Source of the DNA: Mobula birostris
Taxonomy: Eukaryota
NCBI RefSeq assembly: GCF_030028105.1
Contig: NC_092374.1
Span: 7,277,334 to 7,341,333, forward strand
DNA: 64,000 nucleotides
Direction: 5' to 3'
Shown: one piece after another, positions 27,801 to 42,800 of the stretch
Numbering within the stretch: the stretch's first letter is position 1
Layout of the letters: each line of letters opens with the position of its first letter
Notes under the pieces: generated by a model
The model's database searches: none
Seen by the model: the letters and a program-made list of their open reading frames with translations, nothing else
Told to the model about the DNA's origin: nothing
Position numbers and translations under genes: made by a program

Positions 27801-30800
27801 TGGGAAGGGGACAGGAAGAGGGGAATCATGAATCAAAGGGAGAGGGGAGGGAGTGGGAAGCACCAGAGAGACATTCTGTAATGATCAATAAACCAATTGT
27901 TTAGAATCAAATGACCTTGCCTGGTGTCTCAAGTCTAGGTGTGTCTTCATCCCTGCCAACCCCCACCCCTGGCACTCCTTCTCTGCCCCCTCCACCCCTG
28001 GCACTCCTTCTCTGCCCCCCCGCCCCTGGCACTCCTTCTCTGCCACCCTCCACCCCTGGCACTCCTTCTCTGCCACCTGTCCCACACCCCTCCCGTGGCA
28101 CTCCACCCTCACCATTCCCAACTCCTGCCAGATTTACAAACTCGCTCTGCACTCCACGTTGACAAATTCAGTGCTGTGCAGAAGTCTCAGGCACCCCAGC
28201 TTATCCAGTGTCGTTTACATCAAATCAAATCAGTCAGGATTGTGCGGGGGCAGCCTGCAAGTATTGCCACGCTTCCAGCAGCAACACAGCATGTCCAGAG
28301 CTCACTGAGACTAACCCAAACCTCTTTGGAATGTGGGAGGAAACCAGAGCCTTCAGTGGAAACCCACACAGTCACCGGGGACACAGAAACCCCTCACAGG
28401 GAGCGGGGATCAAACCCAGATCTGACAGCTGGCACTGCCAAGCACTGTGGCCATGCTACTGGAGTCTGTAAGGTGAAAGGTCAAAGGGGAAAGATTTAAA
28501 AGGAAGCTGAAGGGGGATGTTTTCCACACAGAAGGTGGTGGGTGTGTGGAACGAGTTGCAGAGGGACCTACAGTTACATCATTTCAGAGGCATTTGGAAG
28601 GCACATTGATAACGAGGGTTAAGGGGGCAGGCATGGAGTTGGGCTGAAGGGCCTGTGTCCCGGCTGTATAACTGTGTCAGAAATGTGATAAACAGCAGTC
28701 ACCTTCCCGTCACACCAGACAAAGGCAGATTTCAAAGTGTTGGGTGGATCTATTGAAACCTGTCACATATTGAAAGGCCTCAACAGAGTGGATGTGGAGA
28801 GAATGTTTCCGGTAGTGGAGAGTTTAGGACCAGGAGGCACAGCCTCAGAATCCAAAAAAGTCCATTTAGAATAGACATGAGGAGGAATTTCTTTAGCCAG
28901 GGGGTGGTTAATCTGTGGAACTCATTGCCACAGACTGCTGTGGAGGACAAACTATCAGGAGAATGGGGTTGAGAGGTATAGTAAATCAGCCATGATGGAA
29001 TGGCAGAGCAGACTCGATGGGCTGAATGGCCTAATTCTGCTCCTATGGTTTTTGGTAATTATCAGTGAATCGATAAACCCCTGTGCAGACATGGAAATAT
29101 CGAAAACAACTCGTCCACATGGCACTCTCCATTTCTGGGAAGTCAGGGCATTTCAGCCCTGGAAAATTCTGATCTCCGTGAGTGGTTGCCTCAGGGCTGG
29201 GGACAGCAACTGGTCTGATAGGACCGTAAGAAACTGCAGAGTGTTGTGGACACATCACGGAAACCAGTCACCCCTCCCTGAACTCTGTCTGCACTTCCCT
29301 CTGTGTCAGTAAAGCAGCCAACGTAATCAAAGACCCCCCACCCACCCCGGGCACTCTCCCTTCTCCCCTCTCCCACTGGGCAGAAGATACAACAGCCTGG
29401 AAGCACAGATCACCAGGCTCAAGGACAGCTTCTACCCGCTGTCAGCGGGTTTCTATACAGATCACTTGTACAATGAGAATCAACTCTAGATCCCCCAGCC
29501 GATCTGGTCATCACCTTGCAGCTCACCGTCAGCCTGCACTGCACGTTCCCTGTAGCTGTAACACTTCATTCTGCATTCTGTCATTGTTTTCCCCTGTACC
29601 ACCTCAATGTGTGTGGTCCCTAGGTTGTCACGCCGAGGGGTGGTAGTGGGGACAAGCTCCCACTACCTAAAAGTGCTCCTTACGGCATGCACCTCAGATA
29701 GCCTCTGACAACCAAGTCCAACTCCTGGCCTTCTCGTGTGGCTTAGCCTCTAAGCCCGGCGGAACTGTTTCTACTGACAGGAGAAGGGGCGAAGGCGGGT
29801 CCTGGCGCCTTAAAACCAGTGCTTCAGGTTGATGGAGCTCGTCAGCCTGGGAAGGCAGTCCATCTAAGAGAGGGAAAACTCTGATTTCAAACCTCCGCTG
29901 CCTTGCAGCCATACCCACTCATGGGAAAGGCTTCGGGAGTAAACCCTGAGGACAAATCTGGAGCTGGAGTCCCTAAGGCAGTCCGACGTTGCCTTCAACC
30001 TCGTTCTGGCAACTCCTGCGACGACACTGGTGCCAAGCTGTATCGGCCCTTGCCCTTCCCTTGGACAACATCGGTGTCCTGGAGAGGGGAGACTTGCAGC
30101 ATGGGCAACTGCCGGTCTTCCATACAACCTTGCCCAGGCCTGCGCCCTGGAGAATCCAGGCACAGATCCATGGTCTCGCAAGACTAATGGATGCCACCAC
30201 CTCAATGTGTACATACGCTGTGTTCGTATGGCAACTATCTGCTTCAAAAGGGCAACAATCACACCAGTGCCCAGGAGCAGGGAGAGCTGCCTTAATAACT
30301 ATCGTCCAGTCGCACTCACATCTGTGGTGATGAAATGCTTTGAGAGGTTGGATATGGTTATAATTAACTCCTGCCTCAGCAAGGCCCTGGACCCATTGCA
30401 ATTCGCCTGTCGCCACAACAGGTCTACAGCCGCTGTGATCTCATTGGCTCTCCACACGGCCTTGGATCACCTGGACAATACTAATACTTTGCAACACACA
30501 CAAAATGCTGGAGGAACTCGACAGGCCAGGCAGTTTCTCTGGAGAAGAGGACAGTCAATGTTTCCAAATGTTTCCAGCTGACACACTTCAGCAGGACTCT
30601 TCTCCATAGATGCTGCCTGGCCTGCGGAGTTCCTCCAGCATTTTGTGTGTGTTGCTTGGATTTCCAGCATCTGCAGATTTTCTCTTGTTAATGCTAATAC
30701 TCACACCAGGATGCTGTTTATTGACTACAGCTCAGTGTTTAACACGATCATTCCTACAGTTCTCATCGACAAGCTCCAAATCCTGGGCCTCTGTACCTCG

Positions 30801-33800
30801 CTCTGCAACTGCATCCTTGACTTCCTCGCTGGAAGACCACAATCTGTGTGGATTGGAAATAACATCTCCTCCTCATTGATGATCAACACTGGTGCATCTC
30901 AGGGTGTGAGCTTAGCCCACTGCTCTGCTCCCTACACCCATGACTGTGTGGTTTGGCACAGCTCAAACGTCATCTATCAATTTGCCGATGACACAAATAT
31001 AGTTGGAAGAATTTCAGGTGGTGACAAGGGGGCGTACAGGAGTGATTTAGATCAGCTTGTGGAGTGGTGTTGCAGCAACAACCTTGTACTCAATGCCAGT
31101 GAAACCAAAGAGCTGACTGTGAACTTCAGAAAGGGAACACGCGCCAGTCCTCATGGGGATAGAAGTGGAAAGGGTGAGGAATTTCAAATTCCTGGGTGTC
31201 AACATCTCTGAGAGTCTATTGTGGCCCCGACACATCAATGCTGTTACAAAGACCACAATACAGTGGCTACGACACAAGGAAATCTGCAGATGCTGGAAAT
31301 TCAAGCAACACACACAAAAAATGCTGGTGAACGCAGCAGGCCAGGCAGCATCTATAGGAACAGGTACAGTCGACGTTTCTGGCCGGGGCCGTTCGTCAGG
31401 ACGAACTGAAAGAAGAGATAGTAAGAGATTTGAGTGGAGGGGGAAGGAGAGGGGGAGGGGCTATATTTCATTGGAGTTTGAGGAGATTTGGTATGTCACC
31501 AAAGACTCCAGCAAATTTGTACAGATGTAACATGGAAAGCATTCTGACTGTCTCCATCTCCGTCTGGTATGGGGGAAATTCCAGACACTCCAGACAGCGC
31601 AGGAATTGAACTCTGAACTCCGACACCCCGAGCTACTGCACAGGATTGAAAAGCTGCAGAAAGCTGTGAACTCAGTCAGCTCCATCATGGGCACCAGCCT
31701 CCCCAGCACCCAGCACATCCTCAAGAAGCAATGCCTCAAAAGGCAGCGTCCATCGTGAAGGATCCCCATCACCCAGGACACGCCCTCTTCTCATTGCTAC
31801 CATCAGGGAGGAGATACAGGAGCCTGATGACACACACCCAACGAGTCAGGAACAGCTTCTTCCCCCCTGCCATCAGATTTGTGAATGGACAATGAACCCA
31901 TGAACACTACCTCAGTACCTTTTTTTGCACAACTTTAAAAAATTTAACTATTGTATATATATAACAACTGCAGTGCAATGAAATGTTCTGTATGGACAAT
32001 AAAACAACTTCAGTGGAAAAAGCCTGCTTGAACTTACCCTATCTGTACCCCTCGTAATTTTGTATAACTCTATCAGATCTCCCCTCAATCTTCTATGTTC
32101 CCGATAACTCAGGTCCTCCAGACCCGGCAACGTGCTTGTAACTTTTCTCTGTACCCTTTCAACTTTATTTACATTTTTGTGTAGTTTGGTGACCAAAACT
32201 GCACACAATACTCCAAATTAGGCCTCACTGATGTTTTATACAACTTCAACATAACATCCATCTTCTTTACTCAATACATCGATTTATGAAGGCCAACGTG
32301 CCAAAAGCTTTCTTTACATCCGTATCTACCTGTGACGCCACTTTCAATGAATTATGGACCTGTACTCTCAAATCCCTTTGTTCTACCACACTCCTCATTG
32401 CCGTACCATTCACCATGTAAGACGGACACTGGTTGGTCCTCCCAAAGTGCAACACCTCACACTTGTCTACATTAAGTTCCATCTGCCATTTTTCAGCCCA
32501 TTTCTCCAGTTGGACCAGATCCCTCTGCAAGCCACGATAGTCTTTCTCACTGTCCACTGCAGCCTCAATCTTGGTGTCATCTGCAAATTTGCTGATCCAG
32601 TTAATCACATTATCATCCAGATGATTGATATAGATGACAAACAATGGACCCAGCACCGATCCCTGCGGGACTCCACTAGTCACAGGCCTCCAGTGACTAA
32701 TCAGATCTCTGAACAAAGTCAGCACTCTGTGCTCGACCTGTGGATGACAGACTTCCCATTCAACCCAGCCTGGTCTCTAATCCTAGTCTTCGTATCAATT
32801 GACCTTACCTTTTAGTACCTCTGATGTGACCCATCACCCAGAGGTGAACTAAAGAAATAAAAAGACGATCATTATTATACTTAAAAACTGAAATCCGTGT
32901 TGTGTACCAAGAAGTGCAGAGTAAGAAAGGTTCATAGACCAAAGGAACTCTGCTCCCTCCCACCACTGAATCCCCTCTTACAGCCCACAGACTCTCTCCC
33001 CCATCACCGACTCTCCCCACGAACTCAATCCCCTCTTATAGCCCACAGACTCTTTCCCCCATCACCGACTGAATCCTCTTCCACATCCCACAGGCACTCT
33101 CCTTCATCTCCAGTTCCCTCCACCCACTGAATCCCCACTCACATCCCACAGACACTCTCCCCTGTCACTGAGTCCCCCACCCACTGAATCCCCTCCCACA
33201 GCCAACACAGTCTCCCATCACAAACTACCCACCGAATCCCTTCCCACATCCCGCAGACACTCCCCCCGTCACTGATTCCCCCCGCCCACTCAATCCCCTC
33301 CCACATCCTGTAGACACTCCCCTATCACTGACTCCCCCCATCCACTCAATCCCCTCCCGCATCCCACACTCTCCCCACCCACAGCCCACACACTCCCCCC
33401 ATCACTGACTCCCCCCACCCACCGAATCCCTCCCATAGCCCACTGACTCTCTCCCCCAGCCACTCTCCTTCATAGAGAGAGACAGTCATCTTCACTTGTC
33501 ACCAGTTCCGCTCACCTTTCTTCTTCCAGGAGACTGCGAGGAGGACACAGACCAGGAACAGGGGAACCAGAACGAGCAGCACATAAATGTGAGAGTTGGA
33601 GTTTGCTGTGAGACAGAGAGCAGCTTTAACACCAGACCTCAGTACAGTGCTTCCATTGTCATTGCACCCTGGCGTTTTCTCCCGACCGATACTCGAGTTG
33701 TAGAGACAGACTGTACAGCCAGACAGACCCTTCGGTCCGATGGTCCATACTGACCAAGGTCATCATCCAAGGTCCTGTTTGCAAGCGTTTGGCCCATAAC

Positions 33801-36800
33801 CCTCCAAATCTTTCCTCTTTCATACTATTTATTCATTTAATTTTGTAATTCGTGGTAATTTTTATTTCCTACACTACACTGCTGCCACAAAACAACAAAT
33901 TTCACAAAGTAGTTAAGTGATAATTAACTTGCTTGTGATTCTATCCATGTACCTGTCCCACTGTCTTTGAAAATAGGTGTCATCCGTCATGAAGGACCCC
34001 CTCCACCCAGGACATGCCCTCTTCTCATTGCTAATATCAGGGAGGAGGCACAGGAGCCTGAAGACTCACACTCAATGTTTCAGGAACAGCTTCTTCCCCT
34101 CCACCATCAGATCTATGAATGGTCCATGAACTCATATATAACCATATAACAATTACAGCACGGGACTAGGCCATCTCGGCCCTTCTAGTCTGCGTCAAAC
34201 GCTTACTCTCACCTAGTCCCACTGACCTGCATTCAGCCCATAACCCTCCATTCCTTTTCCGTCCATATAGCTATCCAATTTTACTTTAAATGACAATATC
34301 GAACCTGGCTCTACCACTTCCACAGGAAGCTCGTTCCACACAGCTACCACTCTCTGAGTAAAGAAGTTCCCTCTAAACTTTTGCCCCTTAACTCTCAACT
34401 CATGTCCTCTTGTCTGAATCTCCCCTAATCTCAATGGAAAAAGCCTATCCACATCAACTCTATCTATCCTCTCATAATTTTAAATACCTCTATCAAGTCC
34501 CCCTCAACCTTCTACACTCCAAAGAATAAAGACCCAACTTGTTCAACCTTTCTCTGTAACTTAGGTGCTGAAACCCAGGTAACATTCTAGTAAATCTCCT
34601 CTGTACTCTCTCTATTTTGTTGACATCTTTCCTATAATCTGGTGACCAGAACTGTACACAATACTCCAACTTTGGTCTTACCAATGCCTTGTACAATTTT
34701 AACATTACATCCCAACTCCTATACTCCATGCTCTGATTTATAAAGGCCAGCATACCAAAAGCATTCTTCACCACCCTATCCACATGAGATTCCACCTTCA
34801 GGGAACTATGCACCATTATTCCCAGATCTCTCAGTTATACTGCATTCTTCAATGCCCTACCATTTACCATGTATGTCCTATTTTGATAAGCCCTACCAAA
34901 ATGTAGCACCTCACACTTACCAGCATTAAACTCCATTTGCCATCTTTCAGCCCACTCTTCTAACTGGCCTAAATCTCTCTGCAAGCTTTGAAAACCTACT
35001 TCATTATCCACAACTCCACCTATCTTAGTATCATCTGCATACATACTCATCCAATTTACCACCCCATCATCCAGATCATTAATATATATGACAAACAACA
35101 TTGAACCCAGTACAGATCCCTGAGGCACACCACTAGTCACCGGCCTCCAATCTGACAAACAGTTTCCACCACTACTCTCTGGTGTCTGCCAGCCAACCAC
35201 TGCTGAATCCATTTTACTACTTCAATGTTAATACCTAACGATTGAACCTTCCTAAATAACCTTCCGTGTGGAACCTTGTCAAAGGCCTTACTGAAGTCCA
35301 TATAGACAACATCCATCGCTTTACCCTCGTCAACTTTCCTAGTAACCTCTTCAAAAAATTCAATAAGATTTGTCAAACATAACCTTCCATGCACAGATCC
35401 ACATTGACTGTTCCTAATCAGACCCTGTCTATCCAGATAATTATGTATACCATTTCTAAGAATACTATCCATTAAGTTACCCACCATTGACGTCAAACTT
35501 ACAGGCTGATAATTGCTAGGTTTACTCTTAGAACCCTTTTTAAACAATGGAACCACATGAGCAATACGCCAATCCTCCGGCACCATCCCCGTTTCTAATG
35601 ACATTTGAAATATTTCTGTCAGAGCCCCTGCTATTTCTACACTAATTTCCCTCAAGGTCCTAGGGAATATCTTGTCAGGACCCGGAGACTTATCCACTTT
35701 TATATTCCTTAACAGCGCCAATACTTCCTCTTCTTTAATCATATTAGTTTCCATAACTTCTCTACCTGTTTCCCTTACCTTACACAATTCAATATCCTTC
35801 TCCTTAGTGAATACCGAAGAAAAGAAATTGTTTAAAATCTCCCCCATCTCTTTTGGTTCCACACATAGCTGTCCACTCTGATTCTCTAAGGGACCAATTT
35901 TATACCTCGCTATCCTTTTGCCATTAATATAACTGTAGAAACCCTTTGGATTTATTTTCACCCTACTTGCCAAAGCAACCTCATATCTTCTTTTATCTTT
36001 TCTAATTTCTTTCTTAAGATTCTTTTTACATTCTTTATATTCCTCGAGCATCCCATTTACTCCATGCTGCTGATATTTATTGTAGATACCTCTCTTTTTC
36101 CGAACCAAGTTTCCAATATCTCTTGAAAACCATGGCTCTCTCAAACTTTTAACCTTTCCTTTCAACCTATCAGGAACATAAAGATTCTGTACCCTCAAAA
36201 TTTCACCTTTAAATGACCTCGATTTCTCTATTACATCCTTCCCATAAAACAAATTGTCTCAATTCACTCCTTCTAAATCCTTTTGCATCTCTTTAAAGTT
36301 AGCCTTTCTCCAATCAAAAATCTCAACCCTGGGTCCAGACCTATCCTTCTCCATAATTATATTGAAACTAATGGTGATCACTGGACCTGAAGTGCTCCCC
36401 AACACCTATCTCCGTCACCTGACCTATCTCATTCCCTAACAGAAGATCCAATACTGTCTCTTCTCTAGTTGGTACCTCTATGTATTGCTGCAAAAAAATA
36501 TCCTGCACACATTTGACAAACTCCAAACCATCCAGCCCTTTTACAGTATGGGCTTCCCAGTCTATGTGTGGAAAATTAAAATCTCCCACAATCACAACCT
36601 TGTGCTTACTACAAATATCTGCTATCTCTTTACAAATTTGCTCCTCCATTTCTCGCTCCCCATTAGGTGGTCTATAATACACCCCTATAAGTGTCACTAC
36701 ACCTTCCCCATTCCTCAAATCCACCCAAGTAGCCTCCCTAGACGAGCTCTCTAATCTATCCTGCCAGAGCACCGCTGTAATATTTTCTCTGACAAGCAAT

Positions 36801-39800
36801 GTAACACCTCCCCCTCTTGTCCCTCTGATTCTATCACACCTGAGGCAACGAAATCCAGGAATATTTAGTTGCCAATCACACCCCTCCTGCAACCATGTTT
36901 CACTAATAGCTACAACATCATACTTCCAGGTGTCAATCCATGCTCTAAGCTCATCCACCTTTCTTACAATGCTCCTAGCATTAAAATAGATGCATTTAAG
37001 AAATTTTCCACCTCTTACTCTGTTTATCATGAACACTGAACACTGAACTCATCAACACGGCCTCATCATTTTACTCTCTTTTTGCACTTCTTATTTATTT
37101 CTAGATATTTCTTATTGTAACTAACTTATTGTGATTTTTTAAATGTATTGCACTCTACTTGGCCACAGAACAGCATTCGTTTCAAGGGGACTAGAATATA
37201 AAAGCAAGGATGTAACGGTGAGGCTTCATAAAGCACTGGTGAGGCCTCACTTGCAGTACTGTGAGCAGTTTTGGCCCCTTATCTGAAAAAGGATGTGCTG
37301 ACATTGGAGAGGGTTCAAAGGAGGTTCCCAAGGATAACTCCGAGATTATCATATAAGACCATAAGATATAGGAGCAGAATTAGGCCCATTGACCCACTGA
37401 ATCTGCTCTGTCATTTCATCAAGCCTGATCCAACTTTTCTCCCAGCCCCAGTCTCCTGCCTTCTCCCTGTACCCCTTCATGTCCTGACCAATCAAGAATC
37501 TATCAACCTTTGCCTTAGATATACATACAGATTTAGCCTTCACAGCTGCCTATGGCAAAGAATTCCACAGATTCACCACTTCTGGCGAAAGAAATTCCTC
37601 CTCATCTCTGTTCTAAAAGTACGCATCTCAATTCTGAGGCTGTGTCCTCTGGTCTTAGACCCTCCCACCATAGGAAACATCCTCTCCACATCTACTCTAT
37701 CGAGGCCTTTCACCATTCGATAGGTTTCAATGAGGCCACCCCTCATCCTTCTGAATTCTAGTGAATACATCTTTGCTTTTATATTCTTCTCCTCTTGAAA
37801 TGAATGCTAGCATTGCATTTGCCTTCCTCACCACAGACTCAACCTGCAAATTAACCTTTAGAGAATCCTGCACAAGGACTCCCAAGTCCCTTTGTGTCTC
37901 AGTTTTTTGTATTTTCTCTCCATTTAGAAATAGTCAATCCTTTCATTTCTTCTACCACAGTGCATGACCATACACTTCCCGACACTATTCCATCTGCTAT
38001 TTCTTTGCCCATTCTCCTCATCTGCCCAAGTTCTTCTGTAGCCTCTCTACTTCCTCAAAACTACCTGCTCCTCATATCTTGATATTGTTTGCAAACTTTG
38101 CAACAAAGCCATCAATTTCATCGTCCAAGTCACTGACATATAACGTAAAAAGAATCCGTCCCAACACAGACCCCTGTGGAACACCACTAGTCACCAGTTG
38201 CCCGCCAGAAAAGGTTCCCCTTATTCCCACTCTTTGCCTCCGGCCAATCAGCCACTGCTTTATCCAAACTAGTATCTTTCCTGGAATACCATGGGCTCAT
38301 AGCTTGTAAAGCAGACTCATGTGCGGCACCTTGTCAAAGGCCTTCTGAAAATCCAAGTAGACAACATTCACCAATTCTCCTTTGTCTATCCTGCTTGTTA
38401 TTTCTTCAAAGAATTCCAACAGATTTGTCAGGCAAGATTTTCCCTTGAGGAAACCATGCTGACTACAGCCTATTTTATTGCCTCCAAGTACCCTGAGACG
38501 ACATCCTTGATAATCAGCTCCAACATCTTCCCAACCACTGACTAACTCACCTATAGTTCCCTTTCTTTTGTCTCTCTCCCTTCTTGAAGAGTGGAGTGAC
38601 ATTTGCAATTTTCCTGTCATTTGGAACCTTTGCAGAATCTAGTGAATCTTGAAAGATCATTACTAGTGCCTCCCCAATCTCTTCACCCACCACTTTCAGA
38701 ACCCCGGGGTGTACACCATCAGGTCCAGGTGACTTAGCTACCTTCAGACCTTTCAGTTTCCCAAGAACCTTCTCTCTAGTTATGGTAACTTCACACACTT
38801 CTTGACCCCTGACACCTGGAACTTCCACCATACTGCTAATGTCTTCCACAGCGAAGACTGATGCAAAATACTAACTCAGTTCATCCGCCATTTCATTGTC
38901 CCTCTTTACTACCTCTTCAGCATCGTTTTCCAGCGGTCCAATATCCACTCTCACCTCTCTTTTACACCATGTATCTGAAGAAACTTTTGGTATATTCTTT
39001 AATATTATTTGCTAGCTTACTTTTATATTCCTTCTTTACCAATGACGTTTTAAATTGCCCGTTGACTTTTAAAAGCTTTCCAATCCTCTAACTTCCCACT
39101 CATTTTCGCTCCATTATATGCCCTCTTTTTGGCTTTTATGTTGGCTTGACTTCTCTCGTCAGCCACGGTTGTGTCATCTTGCCTTTGGAATACTTCTTCC
39201 TCTTTGGGATGTATATAGAAACATAGAAACATAGAAAATAGGTGCAGGAGTAGGCTATTCGGCCCTTCGAGCCTGCACCACCATTCAGTATGATCATGGC
39301 AATCAGCCAACTCAGAACCCTGTACCAGCCTTCCCTCCATACCCCCTGATCCCTTTAGCCACAAGGGCCATATCTAACTCCCTCTTAAATATAGCCAATG
39401 AACTGGCCTCAACTGTTTCCTGTGGCAGAGAATTCCACAGATTCACCACTCTCTGTGTGAAGAAGTTTTTCCTCATCTCGGTCCTAAAAGGTTTCCCCTT
39501 TATCCTCAAACTGTGACCCTCGTTCTGGACTTCCCCAACATCGGGAACAATCTTCCCACATCTAGCCTGTCCAATCCCTTTATGATTTTATATGTTTCAA
39601 TAAGATCCCCCCTCAATCTTCTAAATTCCAACAAATATAAGCCTAGTCAATCCAGTCTTTCATCATATGAAAGTCCTGCCATCCCAGGAATCAATCTGGT
39701 GAACCTTCTTTGTACTCCCTCTATGGCAAGGATGTCTTTCCTCAGATTAGGGGACCAAAACTGCACACATAATATTCCACAATATATCCTGTGTCTTCTG

Positions 39801-42800
39801 AATTGCTTCCAGAAATTCCATCCATTGATGTTCTGCCATCATCTCTGTCAGAGTTCTTTTCCAATCAATTCTGGCCAACTCCTCTCTCATGCCTCTGTAA
39901 TTCCCTTTACTCCACTGTAATACTGATACATCTGACTTTCGCATCTCCTTCTCAAATTTCAGAATGAATTAGATCATATTATGATCACTTTCCCTCAGGG
40001 TTTTTTTTACCTTAAACTCTCTAATCAATTCTGGTCCATTACACAACACCCAATCCAGAACAGCTGATCCCCTAGTGGACTCAGACACAAACTGCTCTAA
40101 AAAGCCATCTCACAGGACTCTAGAATTTCCCCCTCTTGTAATCCAGCACCAACCTGATTTTCCCAATATGCCTGCATATTGAAATCCCCCATGATTATTG
40201 TAAAATTACTCTTTGGCATGCATTTTCTATCTCCCACTGTAATTAATAGGCCACATCTTTACTACTGTTTGGGGGTCTGTATACAACTCCCATCAGCGTC
40301 CTTCTATCCTTGCAGTTCCTTAGCTCTATCCACAATGATTCAACAACTTCCGACTCGAGAGCATCTGTTACTTATGATTTGGTTTCTTTTTTTACCAACA
40401 GAGCAACGCCACTCCCTCTGCCTCCCTGCCTATCCTTTCGATGCAATGTGTATCCTTGGACATTAAGCTCCCAGCTATAATCTTTCAGCCATGATTCCAT
40501 GATGCCTACAATATCATACCTGCTAATCTGTAACTGTGTTGCAAGTTCATCTACCTTATTCCGTATACTGTGCACATTCAGACACAACACCTCCAGTCCT
40601 TTACGATTTTGTCACACCATGCTCAATTTTTTGGTTCCTAACTTTGTCTGAGGTTTTATGAACATCTGCCTCCACAACCTCTCCACTAACTGCTCTGGCT
40701 CTCTGGTTCCCATCCCCTGCAACTCTAGATTAAACCCCACCGTGCAGCACCTGCGTGTCGGACCGCACAACCCGATTTACATCAGCGGTGCGCAAGTGGA
40801 ACAGGTCAAGAGCTTTAAGTTCCTCGAGGTCAATATCACAAATGACCTGACTTGGTCCAACCAAGCAGAGTCCACTGCCAAGAAGGCCCACCAGCGCCTT
40901 TACTTCCTGAGAAAGCTAAAGAAATTTGACCTGTCCCCTAAAACCCTCACTAATTTTTATAGATGCACCGTAGAAAGCACTCTTCTAAGGTGTCCGTTCC
41001 CATAACTAACGACTCCCCTATCACCACAGTGTGCCTCTTCTCCCCACTTCAGAATGCTGAGGACTCGATCTGAGATATCCCTGACCCTGACACCCGGGAG
41101 GCAACGTACCATCCGGGAATCTCATTGTCACCACAGAACCTCCTGTCCGTTTCCATAAGTAACAACTCTCCTATCACCACAGCGTGCCTCTACTCCCCCC
41201 TTCCCTTCTGAGTCACAGAGGCAAACTCAGTGCCAGAGACCTGATCACTGTGACTTTCCTCTGTTAGGTCATCCCTCTGTACCCCCCCAGCCCCTAGAGA
41301 GTATCCAAAGTGATGTACCTGTTGTTGAGGGGGTGGCCACTGGGGTACTCTGCACTGGCTCCTTAACCCCTTTCCCTTCCTGACTGTCACCCAGTTTCCT
41401 GTGTCCTGCACCTTGGGTGTAACTACCACTCTATGCATCCTCTCCATCTCCCCCCCCATCCTCCTGGATGATCCAGGATTCATCCAGTTCCAGCTCCATT
41501 TCCTTTACCTGATCGTTAGAAGCTGCGGCTGGATGCACTTCTCGCAGTTGTGGTCGTCAGGGACACTGGAGGTCTCCCTGGCTTCCCACATCCCACAAGA
41601 GGAGCACTTCACTATCCTGCCAAGCATCTCAATTGTCTTAGTTCAGCAGATATAAGGAAGAGATGGTAAACCTGAGCTTTTCTTTCCTTTGCTTTCTCTG
41701 AGTGAAGCCTCTCCTCACGGAAGCTTCAAAGAGCTAAAGCCTCGAGATCACCACTCTGACTCTGTCCACTCAGACGACTGCCTCTGTGACGATGGCCCCT
41801 GCTCGTTCCCTGCCTTCCTTTAATTTTCTCCAACTAATCAATCCCAAACACCAAATGGTCACTGGTCAAAGCTCTTTTTCACCACCGTGACCCATTGCTG
41901 CCTTTTACCCTTGGGTAGTGGAGCTGATTGAAGTCACCCCCTCTCAAAACTTCCGGTATGAGGAGAGTTTGAGGGCTCTGGGCCTGTACTCACTGCAATT
42001 CAGGAGAATGATGGGGATCTTATTGAAACCTATCGAATGTTGAAAGATCTTGATAGAGTGGATGAGGGGAGGACATTTCCTATGGTGAGGAGTCGAAGAC
42101 CAGAGAACACAGCCTCAGAATAGAGGCGTACCCTTTTTGAGTGGAGATGAGGAGGAATTTCTTCAGCCAGAGAGTGATAAATCTGTAGAATTCGTTGCCA
42201 CATGTGGCTGCAGAGGCCAGTTCATTGGGTATATTTACTGATAGATTCTTGACTGGTCAGGGCGTGAAGTGATACGGGGAGGAGGAGGGAGACTGGGGCT
42301 GAGAGGGAAATGGATTGGCCATGTTGAAATAGCAGATTGGCCATGTCGAAATAGCAGAGAAGACTCGATGGGCTGAATGGCTTAATTCTGCTCCCATGTC
42401 TCATGGGCACTAGCCTACCCAACATCTGAGACGTCTTCGAAAGGAGATGCCTCAACAAGGAGGTATCCATCACTAAGGACATCCATAACCCAGGACGTGC
42501 CCAGAGAAGACACACACTCAATGTTTCAGGAAGAGCTTCTTCCTTTCTGCTTTACTGGTTTTTCACCTGGAACCTACCAGCCTTCTCCTTCCCACCCTCC
42601 CCCCACATTCTTTATAGGGCCTCTTCCCCTTCCCTCTACAGTCCTGACGAAGGGTTCTGGCCTGAAACGTTGACTGATCATTTCCACGGATGCTGCCCGA
42701 CCTGCTGAGTTCCTCCAGCGTGTTGTGAGTCTTCCTTTCTGCCATCAGGTTTCTGAATGGACAATCAGAGAAGTGAGGACCAACTCCCTTTTTTTCCTTT

